Below the pieces are notes generated by a model that saw only the letters and a list, made by a program, of their open reading frames with translations, did no database searches and had not been told where the DNA came from. Below are positions 51,379 to 62,290 of a stretch of DNA of 64,000 nucleotides, in pieces. A program made the translations under genes and the position numbers. The first letter of the stretch is position 1. Every line of letters begins with the position of its first letter. This DNA comes from Raillietiella orientalis (taxonomy: Eukaryota), in the NCBI GenBank assembly GCA_036172245.1, contig JAYWIR010000015.1, forward strand, positions 3,224,001 to 3,288,000, in the 5' to 3' direction.

Positions 51379-52105
51379 GGGGGAATCTCCGAAATGACAG
51401 CAGTCATTCAGGGACATCAGTTGAAAATCAATGCTCTGTCCAGCAAGCGCGGCTCAATAAGCCATTTGCTGGTGAATTGCATGCTTATCAAAAAATGCAA
51501 TCACATGATTCATCCGGGAAAGATACAGAAGAGGCTGCTGCATTCGGAATGCAGACGCGTTCGCAGCCTCTTCTTACTCTGCTTTCTCACTTGTCGGATC
51601 GAATTAAAGCGCGAGCCACTCGGTGCGGACAGGACGGACGGACGGCTGGCTGGCTGGCTGGGCTCGGTCGGAGGACGAGGAGAGACGTGGCGTCAGCGGC
51701 AGAAGTCCCGACAAGAACTTTCCTACGTCTTGATTTTCTCACGAACAAGGTCGGATGGGAGGAGGAGGGTGAAACGGAGGTGCAGGAGCTGCAGCAGCGA
51801 CGCGGGCTCAGGGTACGAGGTTGCATCGGCGGGCGCAAGACCGAATCACCGTGGCGTCACGACCGCCACAACCACCGCCACAACCACCGCCACCACCAGC
51901 AGCAGCAGCAGACACGCAGGAAAAAAAGATGCATCCTCCTCCCAGCTACGAGAAGGTCGTAAAAAGGTTGGCCGGTATGGTGTCGCACTACCATCGGCCA
52001 GGAAGCCCCCAGCTTCATTAGCGGATTTATCGCCCGCTTAATTGAGAAGATAAAAGCTGGCGCGCGCAAACTTTACTGCGCCGATAGAACGTCTCGCAAG
52101 CACTC

Positions 52106-52130
52106 GTGTGTGTGTGTGTGTGTGTGTGTG
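52106..52130 (+). repeat. (GT)n microsatellite in tio/tsh intron 1
   Basis: Perfect dinucleotide run. Confidence 0.95.
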
Positions 52131-52675
52131 GTGTGTTTGTATGTATGTGGAAGAAGCACTCTCGTCCTCTTATAATCCCCCCAGGAGGGGACGAAGCGCA
52201 GTGGATGCGCCTTCTCTTCATCCTCGCCGTCACACGTCCAACATGCATGCGTATGCGAGCAGCGCATGCATGTACACATATGTACACACGAACATGCGCT
52301 GCGCATGCACGAACGGTCGGATGGATTGCCGCAGTCGAGGCCACGCGGCAAACTGACCGACTGCATCCGCTGTCCGTACGGGAATCCGGAATTTTCTTCC
52401 GCACGGCACGACCGACCCACCCGTCTCATCTCATTTCTATTTTTAATTTTTTTCCTCTTTGGCAAAAAAAAAAAAAAAAAAAAAAAAGAGGAGAAAAAAG
52501 AGAAAAGGAAAAAAAAAAAGGAAGAGAAACAGGAAACAGGAAACAGGCACAGGTCGGTAGAGATTGAGCGGGCGAACAATGCGCGCCGAAACAATTCATT
52601 GTTGAAAGTTTTCATTGTTGGAACAACCAGAAACACAAACAAACAAACAAGAACAACAAAGTACGACTGACTCAC

Positions 52676-52715
52676 TATTCATCTTCTTCGGGCAGTCCTG
52701 CTTCCTTCGAGGCAT
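52676..52715 (-). CDS. tio: tio/tsh coding exon 1 (40 nt; MPRRKQDCPKKMN)
   Basis: AAAAATG start at 52715 encodes MPRRKQxxP, the N-terminus typical of Tiptop/TSHZ proteins. It is followed by the donor A|GTGAGT at 52676/52675 (phase 1). Intron 1 is 52675-48053. Confidence 0.88.
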
Positions 52716-53016
52716 TTTTTGTGGACACGTAACTTTCTTCCTGTGGAAAGTCATGAGTGGTCATCAGCGACCTTTCATGACGTAACCAAACACTGCTGGC
52801 AAACAGTAGGTCATGATTTCCCGATTTTTCCGCTCGAGAATTCACGATTGCCAAAGCGGAATCCAAGAATCCGGCGGCGACGCAGGGGGAGCGAAATCCA
52901 CGGTGCACACACACGCGACGTCAATCGCGTCAGGTTCGATTGGGTTGCTTCCCGACTCGTCACTTCGTTTTCAACCGGTGACCTTGATTCGGGAAAAATT
53001 TTCTTTCTTTCTTTCG

Positions 53017-53047
<31 letters not shown>

Positions 53048-53599
53048 TTTTTGGCCTCCCTCTTTTTTATTCTCGTCCTCCTGCGGAAACCATGAGACGG
53101 GAACGGACACACGTCGCTCGCGAAGGGAGTAGTAGTAGATCGTGGAAGGAAGGGAGACGGAAACAGATCTCAAGGGGGGAGGTAGGGCCGGGGGGGGGGA
53201 GGGAGGGAGGGAAGAGGAGGAGGAGACAACAACGCAAAAAAAAAAAAAATAATAATAAAAATAAAGAAAAAACAACTAACCAAAAAACGAAAGGAAAAAA
53301 AACCTGTTGCCCGCCTGCTTGAAACCACCACCACCTCCACCACCACCACTCACAGAGGCACAGCCAGCTTCCCGTGCAGGACGGCACCGCGGATTCGTGG
53401 ACGAGCGCCAGACGTACACATTACGAATTGCGTCAATCTTCACACTAACCGCTTGTCACTCGTTCATGTCTCATTCATCCTTGTGTCATGACGTCATTGA
53501 CGAAAGGGAGGAGGAAGCCTGCGCGCATCTACCACTCCGCACGTACGGTCCCGGCGAGCGAATGACATGCGGAGTGATGGAACGGAGTGTTCGCTGACG

Positions 53600-53960
53600 A
53601 GGAGATTGAAAGTGTCATGGCTGCATGCTAAGAGCATGGCGATGGAGCCGGTTGCTGCTGCTGCTGCGTGGATCAATGTCCCTCTCTCCGGCGGCGGGCG
53701 GGCGGGCGGGCGGGCGGGCGGCGGCGGCGGCGGCGGCGGCGGCGGCAGCGAGCGAGCGAGCGAGCAAGCGAGCGGACAAGCGCAGGAAAGCTCCTCGGAT
53801 GCGAGCGCGCGCGCACGCACACACGCACACGCACACGCACTCACACACCCACACGGAGTCGTGCACTACTTCTTACTGCAGCGAAGACAAGCGTCTTCTT
53901 GAGAGAGAGCTGGGAGGAGGAAGAAGAGGAGGAGAGGGAGCGGAAAGGGACAGTGGGGTG
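53600..53960 (-). promoter_or_regulatory. Probable promoter/5'-leader region of tio/tsh
   Basis: CpG-rich block about 1 kb upstream of the ATG with (GGCG)n, (GGC)n, (GCGA)n, (CA)-like and GAGAG runs. TSS not determinable from sequence. Confidence 0.35.
53690..53772 (+). repeat. Compound (GGCG)n-(GGC)n-(GCGA)n repeat upstream of tio/tsh
   Basis: Adjacent tetra- and trinucleotide runs. Confidence 0.9.
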
Positions 53961-54879
53961 CACCGTGCGGGCGGGCGGTGGAGGAAGAGAGGAGGAGCGG
54001 AGGGACGGAGGGGGGAGGGGGAAGGAGGGAGGGGAAGAGACGATACAAAAGAAAAAATGGGTCGTCCATCGGACCAACGCGACCGCACGCGCGTGCTCCT
54101 TCGGTGCGGCGGTGCGGTGCGGTGCGAGCGGAGGGGGGTTGAAAGGGATGCGCGCGCACTTACGAGCAAACACCGAGAAAACGTGCGAATCCGAAAGGGG
54201 GATGCATATATTCTTCCTCCTCCCATCCCCCCGAGCGTCGAGATTTCTCTCGCTCCCCTCCCCCTCCTTGCGCGTGCGTCCATGTGAGTTTTCGTTTTGT
54301 GTTCACGCCGTTTTGCATGGCGGCGGCTCGCCAATGACGAATGCCGAGCGGCGCACAAACGACCCGCTGCGGCTTCGAGACGACAACAACCCCTTGATCC
54401 CCTTCCTTCTCCCCTAAATAGTCTGCTGATTTGAAAAAAGAAAGCAAAAAAAAAAAATACTACTACTACTACTACTAGTAAGTCAAACAGAAGAAGACAA
54501 AGATAAACTCTTGACAACCTGCGGGCACACAGAAGCTTTTCCTGTTGCAGTACCGTTAAGGATCAGTTGACGTGATCCCCGTTGGCGAAGACCACACGGA
54601 CGGACGCTCTTCGGTAGCATTTCTCTCCTCTTTTCTGTACTTTTTTTTAAAAAAAATTCCCGCTCTCTCCCTTTCTCGCTTCACATGTGGACTCGCCTCC
54701 TCCGCTTGGCACGGGAGGGTTGATCCTTCTGCTCTTCGACCCTTCCCTCACCCCCCCCGCTTCCCCCTTGCTCGCATTCAGCACAGACATGGAAGAGGGT
54801 CGGGTCTCCTCTCCATCGGCACGCCTGTCTGCTGATAGCTCGACGCGCATGCGCGGCGAGCTATCAGTCCGCTTGCTTC

Positions 54880-57800
54880 CGCTGCCATCCACGTGCCTTG
54901 GACCCTCCGAAATAAATCGCCCGTCTTTTAGCCTTCGAAGAATGCCAGCAGCAGTGTAACATGCAAGGGAAAATGGACGCAAAGATGCGTAGAGACTTTT
55001 CTGGAGTCTGGAGTCACGGAAAGGAGTTCCCCGTGCTCTGGCAAAATACTCTAGAGGAATTCGGTGGTGCATTCAGCCATCCGGATCTGTTAGAAAACAG
55101 GAGAGCAAACGAGACCGTAGGAGAAAGGAGACCGTTACTGAGACAAATGCTGGACTCGTGAGAACAAAATGCCTTTACCCTTCGAGCAATCTGATGCCTG
55201 CTGTCTCTCACCTCTTCCTCTTCGTTCAGATATGTAGGACCTCTTCCTGAGGAAACTTCCATCTCCTGACACTGCCCTCCTAGGTCTACCTTTGCCAAGT
55301 TGGTCTCACCCTCGCCTTTTCAGGACCTGCGCGTCCTGCTCGCGAGCGGATCGGCTCTTGCATCCTTCCGTGACGACATCCTGATCGCGACAGCGGAGGC
55401 GGCCAACTCTTTACGTGCCTCCTTCACAGCTCTCACGCCAACTTTTCACTCCTTCGGGACTTCTGTTGGTCCTGGGCGCCGCCTGCGGCCTTGCTACATC
55501 GGGTGCGTCCCCTCGGAGTCACGAAGGGAATCCCTGGTTCTCCCTTTCGTGGACAATTTGAAACCACACAGCTCGGTATCCTCCCTGCCCGCCTTGACGC
55601 TCCTACTGTCGCTCGTATTCCCACCCTACTCTTCTTGTCTGTGCTCCTGCTTAATGTTTCTTGTCGAGTCCATTGCTGGGATTCTGCCTCCGATCGGCAG
55701 AGCGCGACGCAGCCTTCCGACTGCAAGCCATCGGTCCGCTGTCTTGTGTTCGCTTTTTTCTCTCCTGGTCTCTTTACTCCTTTCCGGTGGTCCAGGCTTC
55801 CAGATGAAGACGTAACGCCTCGTGGACCAAGGAGACGTCTGGAAGTTCAATGGGAGGGGTGGTGGTTCTATCGGTGGACGAACGGTCGAGGGGAGGTGAT
55901 CTAAAAGTCCTTGTTGCCGTAGGGGCCCAACAGTGAGCCGAAGCCAACAGTCGAGCTCAGTTATGTCGGGGTCATCCCTTTCTGGATCAGCTATCTAAAA
56001 GCGAAAGGAGATATGAACAAGAGCATGGATGATCAGCATGAGCGCCCTTTCTGGTCCGATTCGCAACAGTACCCTGATGCTGCAAGCAGCCTGGATGATC
56101 CAAAGACTCCTCCGTAGTAGTTCCTCCGGTTGATTGATTGGCTGCTGATAAAGTTTCTCGGACTCTTCTTCTTGTTGTTGTCTATCCACAACTTCATGCA
56201 GTCCACTTACGCATCCTGGCAGTTACCGTTCAGGGTGAGAAGCAGCATCGGGGGAACTCCAGCTGGACACAGGGTAGTCAGGCGGAACATGAGCGCCCCA
56301 ATCTTTTTCTCGTTAAACATAGGTTTTCGCATGCTGCCGCAGCAGATTTACCATGACAGACTTACAGGGAAGAGGCTGGATCCTCCCTTATCGAGATGCT
56401 TCTTCACAGAATCAGCAGCTGCTGCTGCGTCTCTTTCATCTCTGTGAAACTTTCTCAAGGCTTTCTTTGATCTCAAATCTGGGAAAGAGTCGCTCAGGAG
56501 GACTGGAAAGCTCTTCAGCCGTGCTTGCTGAGGGCGGGCTTGAGTTGGGGAGGCGCCCTCACCGAACTCCCATCGGAACTTAACGAGAGGACAGAAAATA
56601 TCAAGGGGCTAGGTAATATATATTCACGTGATATGGATGTTGTACTACTCAGAGCGAACATCGGAATCCGGAAGCTGTTTTCGGCCTCTATCCTCAGAGG
56701 GAAGGAAAGGTCTAGAGAGCGGTAAGCTGGAAGCACAGGAGTCGCTGCTGCCTCTGGATTTGACCGAGGGTTTTGAAGGATCTCAGGGTCCAGTTTCTTC
56801 GAGCTGCTTCGTCCTCCTTCAGAGCAAAGAGTTGCAAAAGAGATGACGTTTGCTGTCACATCACTGGAGGCATAGAAAGAAAGTGATTTGAGCAAGCGCC
56901 CACGAAAAGATGCGTTCCAGAACAGATGCGATTGTCGGGCCACGCAGCGCTGACACTGCCTCTCTGAGACAAAGGAAACAGTCTTCATCTGTGGTTTATT
57001 GCACATTCATCTTCATCCGTCACTTTTGGCAGACTAAGGGTGCTGTTTTTCCGCACCGACACAACCGGAGGTCCAGCGGCTTTGACCCGATCCTCGGGAA
57101 GAAACCTGGCTTCCCCGCCTCTCTGAGTTCCTGACTGGAGTTTGAACTTTCAAATTCCGCTTTTGTCTCCGCTAGCCGCAGGGAAGGGCGCGGCATTTCC
57201 AACTAGACCGGCAGAAGAATCTCCTTCCTCATCTCCATCTCCTTGCTCTTCCCTGAAGTTGCTTCAAAGCTTCGCAGGGAGATCCCGTTTGGTTTCCCTT
57301 GGATGAAAGAGGACTCCAAACCCATTGGGGTTCTCACACCGGAAAAGGAGCAATTTTCACTTAGGTCCGCTGCAGCTTCCAGAATTCGAAACCGAAAGGA
57401 GAAAATTCTTCCCTTCCAGAGCTTTAGGGGAGACTGCCTGCTGCTCCTTGGGTACTCATAGGATCCTTTCAGTCACTTCATACCAGCACTGGAGCTTAAA
57501 TTTGGTGGTTGTGGAAGGATACCGATGCATCCTGGAGACGCCCTATGTGCCCTCTTTCTTTGGTTAGTGGTGATAAAGAATTTATCCTAAGGTTTTCTTT
57601 TTCTGGTGGTCTCTTTCATGGTTTTTCCTGTTATGATATGGATATCGTTGAGCCATGTCCGATTCTCTTAAATTCGAACCCACCTGGAATATCTATTTTG
57701 GCAGTAGCCGTAGGTCCTCACGGACGCACGGCAGTTCCATGAGATAGAGTGCTGCTGCTAGCGCTCGATAAAGCAGCTGCTCAAGAGGGTACAGTCGTTC

Positions 57801-60800
57801 TCTTTTACGGCACGAAGAAACTCCTCCACACAGGTCTTTAGCAGGAAAGCGAAACGTCGTGGGGTCCTTTCTTCAATTCGCTCGGTTTGTTTTTTCTCAG
57901 TCTACTCTTCAATTCAAAGGTTCACGGCTTCTCACCATCGCGATTCATGAAGGAAATCTTCAAGACTTTCTCTTTCGCAACCATGGAACTTTCAATATTT
58001 GCTCGAGATGCTTTCAAAAGTTTCAAGAGTGCTATTTAAGGGTCTCTAAATTCTCAAAGGATAACGTGCCTGGATGCTGTTTGGTAATCACAAAGGGAAT
58101 CATTAATGTTGATACGCTTCCTTTTGCTTGAGACAACCTTGCCGAAGGTTCCCAGTTATCCACATTCCAGAAACTCCGAGGAAACTCCCGTGCTGGTAGT
58201 TCGAGTGGACGAGAGAATTCAAGGACAGTGCGTTTGGTTCTCTCGTCCCTCCTCCTCACGTTGGTGTTCTCTGAAAACCGTCCGCCATCACATGGCTCCC
58301 TTCGAGATTCCTGCTGCTTCAAAGGATACCTTTTGATTGCCGTTGACCAACCGATGACTAGATTGAGACTGGAAGAACGACGACAGCGATCTACGGCTCA
58401 TCCTTTCAGAAAGTATCCACTCAGGAGTGTTACCTACGGAGATGGAATGCATTTAGGCGTTCCTCTCAGACACTCTGCTGCTGCCTTGATCTAAGCGACC
58501 ACTTCCTTCAGAGGAGAACCTTCTTCCAGTGCGAGCGGCAAGTGGTTTCCATGACTGCACCGCTGCCTTCAAAGATGTGTTCAGAGATAAGAACGAGAAG
58601 GCAACTAATGCTGAAGAGATGTCGGAGATTTTACTCAAGAAAACACCCCAACTGCTCTCTAAATGAAGGCCGTTTATAGATGCCCTGGACCGAAAGCAGA
58701 AACTAGAATGATGAAACTGCATGGGTTTTGGAGCTGACATCGTCGTCTCGTTCTGCCTTCTTCATCTCTCCTGCGACAGAAGCAGAGTGGCTCTCTAAAC
58801 ATGGAGCACAGATCTCGGCAGGGCACCTCAACATTTCATCTCTACATCTCTTTTTTCTCGTCTCTACATTTCTGCGCCAAGATCAGCTGAGTGTCCCATT
58901 CCCAGGATGTACTCGAGTCCTATCCTAGTCGAACTCACATAGCTGGCATCCCAAATCAGGTATTCCGTGTTTTAGGACCTCATACTCTCCCGGTCTCCCT
59001 TTTTCTCCCCCTTTTCGTTGTCCTGTGCATGGAATGCAAGAAGGAAAACTGCTCCTTTTTGATGGGTATTGAGATCTCCGAGCTCCTCTTGCATCTATAT
59101 CAAAAACCTTCAAACAAATGCCAGCCTTCCGCCATTCCTGAGGTCCTGAGGAGTTCCTCTCCATTTCTCGAAGAGCCCCTTCCAGGAAAAAAGGTTGCCA
59201 AGCCCCTCCAAACCTCTTCAGGGTTCCCGGATGTGTTGCCTTATATTGGATCCGAGGAGAAGGAAAGATGGGGAAGAGTGGGAGGGAGCGAAAGGAAGAG
59301 GAGGGGGTCATCAACGCTCACCTAGAAAATGCCGAGCTTGTTTAGCCTTTTTCTCCAGGAAAAGCGCAACGAGAGGGGAGATAGAGAGGGAGAGGTGAAG
59401 ATGACCTTCGCTGATTCCTCTAGCACTTCTGACATGCCAAACATCCTCCTTCTTGCTTAAGTGGTGTAGAAAGAAGCTGCTTTATCTTCCGAAACCGAAA
59501 AGGAAAAGAAAGAAATGGACTCTCTCCATGTGGGACTCCCGAAGCCACGTCTCCGAAATGGGAGACGTTCATGGGTCCATTGGTGGCCGTCACCTCGTCA
59601 GCATCAAGAGTTAGTGACTTGACTCTTCCTATTGAGGTCCTCGTCAGCTGCTGCCTCTTCCAGTACTGCCAAGAAGCAGGCAGGTCCTCGAGACGTGCTC
59701 GAGAGCGCGAAGAGCCTGCAGGCGGCGGGAACATGCAGCGGCGAGAGGGCTCTTCTCCAGCCTTTGATCTTTTCTTCAATGTGCTTCTCTTCGGAGGATG
59801 CAGCCGAAGAGCTTTGGTTCCTGTACACATATGTTTATCGGAAGATCTGAAAGGCGTACTGGGTTGCAAGCCAATCCGAAATAGGAGAGAAGGGGGAAGA
59901 CTCTCTGGATCCTCCGCAGCTCCTCCATGCTCCTCCCTTTGCTCTGCATTCACCAGAGGAAACTCCCTTTAGTCTGGAAGATAGTGAAAGACCGTTCTTC
60001 GCGCCGACCTCCGCTCGTGGAGAGCCTGCTCCTCGTCCCCCTTCTTCCACTCTCTTCAATTTTCGCTGTCGCCTCTTCGCGTACACCCAGAGCTGTATCG
60101 CCCTGGAAACGAGACGCTCGCAGTGAAGCATCTGTGCAAAAGAGCTGGCCTTCGTGCCATTCCCAAGAACCCTGTGGGCCTCGTTTCAGGATGCAGGAAA
60201 AATTTCCCTCCTTGGTTGCGATGGAGGGGAGCGCGGGCTTCGTGGTCATGCAGTCGGACGATAGAGTAGCACGCAAGATTCTCGTCGCGGTGGCCCGCCT
60301 TGCCCCCCGGGAGGGGGGGGTGTAGTTGCAAAACCCAGACGGTTTCGGCTGAAGTTATTGGTCGGTCTTGCTCTCTTCTTACTCCCTCGAATGTTCCCGC
60401 CGTTCCCTGGAAGCCTCCTTCCGCACTTCTGCCTGCACCTCCGTCCCGTTGCCGGAGAGGTTCGCCTTGGCTTTCTCTTCCCTCTTGTCCCGTAGCTCGT
60501 TCGGCCCGCCTCTGCGTCCGGCCGCTGGGGTGAGGTCGCAGCAGGGATGACTTCCTCATTAGGGCTGGCCGGCGGGGTTGGACGTTTTCTCAAACGGCCT
60601 TCATCCTTGGGCATGATTCTGATTGTCTTGTCATCCCGAGTGCTTCTTCTGGGTTCCCAGCACCGGAACCTAGTTCTCTCTTAAAGAGGAAGAATCATCA
60701 GGACCAGAAGGACTTCCTCCGGTCAGTCCTACCAAAGATTTTCTGGGAAGGAGGACAATTTTGACGCAACTTCCGTGCATCGGAACTGCAGCAACCGACG

Positions 60801-62290
60801 AACGCATCGGCCCTTTGGTCCTACAAGAGTTCCTGGTTGAACGCTCACTACCAAGCTCATCGTAGACTGAGTGGTTCGTGACCTCCTCTCTTGCGAATAC
60901 CTTGTCATCCTGGGGCTTTTACCGCTACTGGATGACCCTTCAGAAGCACGAGCAGCGCTCAACCACCTCTCCTCTCCCTTTTTCTCCCTTTTCTCGCCTC
61001 CCTTCTCGACCGTAACTCGGGAGTAGCAGAAGGCATTTACGCAACGCTCCCGTCGGCAGAAGCACGAAGAGGCCGATGAGCCGGTTATCATGGAGAGGAG
61101 AGGCCAGAAATCCTTGGGTGTACCTGGAGTCGGTCCGGACTCGCCCTCATTCCAAAGATGGAGGTTTCTTGTGCCTCGGAGGAATAGTCGCGTGACACGA
61201 TTCCTGGCGTCTCCTTCCCCTCATTCGGACAATCATCCCTTTCCTCACTTGTGTCCTTGCCCACTTCCTGTTCATCCTCCTCCTTCATTCTTGACACCAT
61301 CAGGAAGTCTGCTCTATAAGGGAAAGGACCGCGGATCGAGTGATCTCCCGCTCGACACTGCTTGCGACGCCTCACAGCCCTTCCCGACAGCATACCCTCC
61401 AGGATGTCTCCAGGTTTGGGAAAACTCGGAGGCGATTTCCAACACGGAAGCGGTGGCCAGCCTTCCATGGACGCGGTCGCCAACGCGCTGCGTGTGTCTC
61501 ATGAAGGAAGCGGAAAAGCAGCTCCCGGAAACACCTCGCGTGGCGGGAGAGGGCCGTTCTGCCCCCAGATAGGGAGCAGAGGAGGCAGCTGCCCCTGCCA
61601 CTTCCCTGCGATCGCCACGACATCCTCCGGGACTGCCCAGGCGTCCCGTTCGGAGGAGCCTAGCTTCTTCCATGGCCACCGGGTTTTCCCAAACCGGGAG
61701 ACATCTTGGAGAGGACAACCTCCTTCTCGACGCCTACGTGTCAGTGCCTCCTTCGAGCCACAGAAGTTTGCAGCTCCTTTTCCACTCCGAGGAGAGCTTT
61801 TGGAAAGACTACGGGAAGGATTCTGTGGATGAGGGTCGGAGTCGCGCGAACCTCCACTCCCTTTTTGCTACTGCTGTTCGAGTATCTTGGATTGCGGCGG
61901 GGACCCGAGACAATTCGAGTAGATAGCCTCAGCAGAGGCTGTGTCCCTATTTCTCCTCCCATTTTCGTATCGCCCCCGCCCAATCGCGGCGGAGGCAGCT
62001 TTCCGTTCTCCCTGCCGATGGAGGAGGCGAACAGAGAATGCTGGAAATCGAGGAAGGGACTTTTCACTGTGCCTCCCAGCGCTTTTCCTGGTCGTCGCCG
62101 GTGATCGTTGAGCACGAGCGGCATGAGAAGTAACAGGATGGCCCCTATCACTCCACATGGTACCTCCAAGAGGAACCTGTGGCGCTCTAGCTGGGATCCA
62201 GGAGAATGCTGGTCTTCTCGGGGTCTCAGGAGATCGAATGCACTGAGGAGCTCGAGAGACGCTCTATTGAGAGAGTGGAAAAATGACAAG
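54880..62290 (-). pseudogene. Decayed axonemal dynein heavy chain tail (DHC_N1 to first half of DHC_N2), DNAH5/DNAH8-like (relic 3)
   Basis: Ordered remnants: EDQHSPGSQLE ~62200 [DDxGPRAELE]; ATPTLIHRI 61845-61819 [AIPTLINAI]; ALLKLLKASRANIE ~58010; LAETKA ~57170 [TAETKAW]; KKLDPEI ~56790 [KKLNRPI]; GGSSLF ~56380 [GGEELF]; VRAVKE 55436-55419 [ISAVKE]; LFSNRSGWLNAP ~55090 [LLSNRYNxPF]. Residual minus-strand splice signals include donor CCT|GTAAGT ~56365 and acceptor CTGACTACCCTGTGTCCAG ~56262. No continuous frame. Confidence 0.68.
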
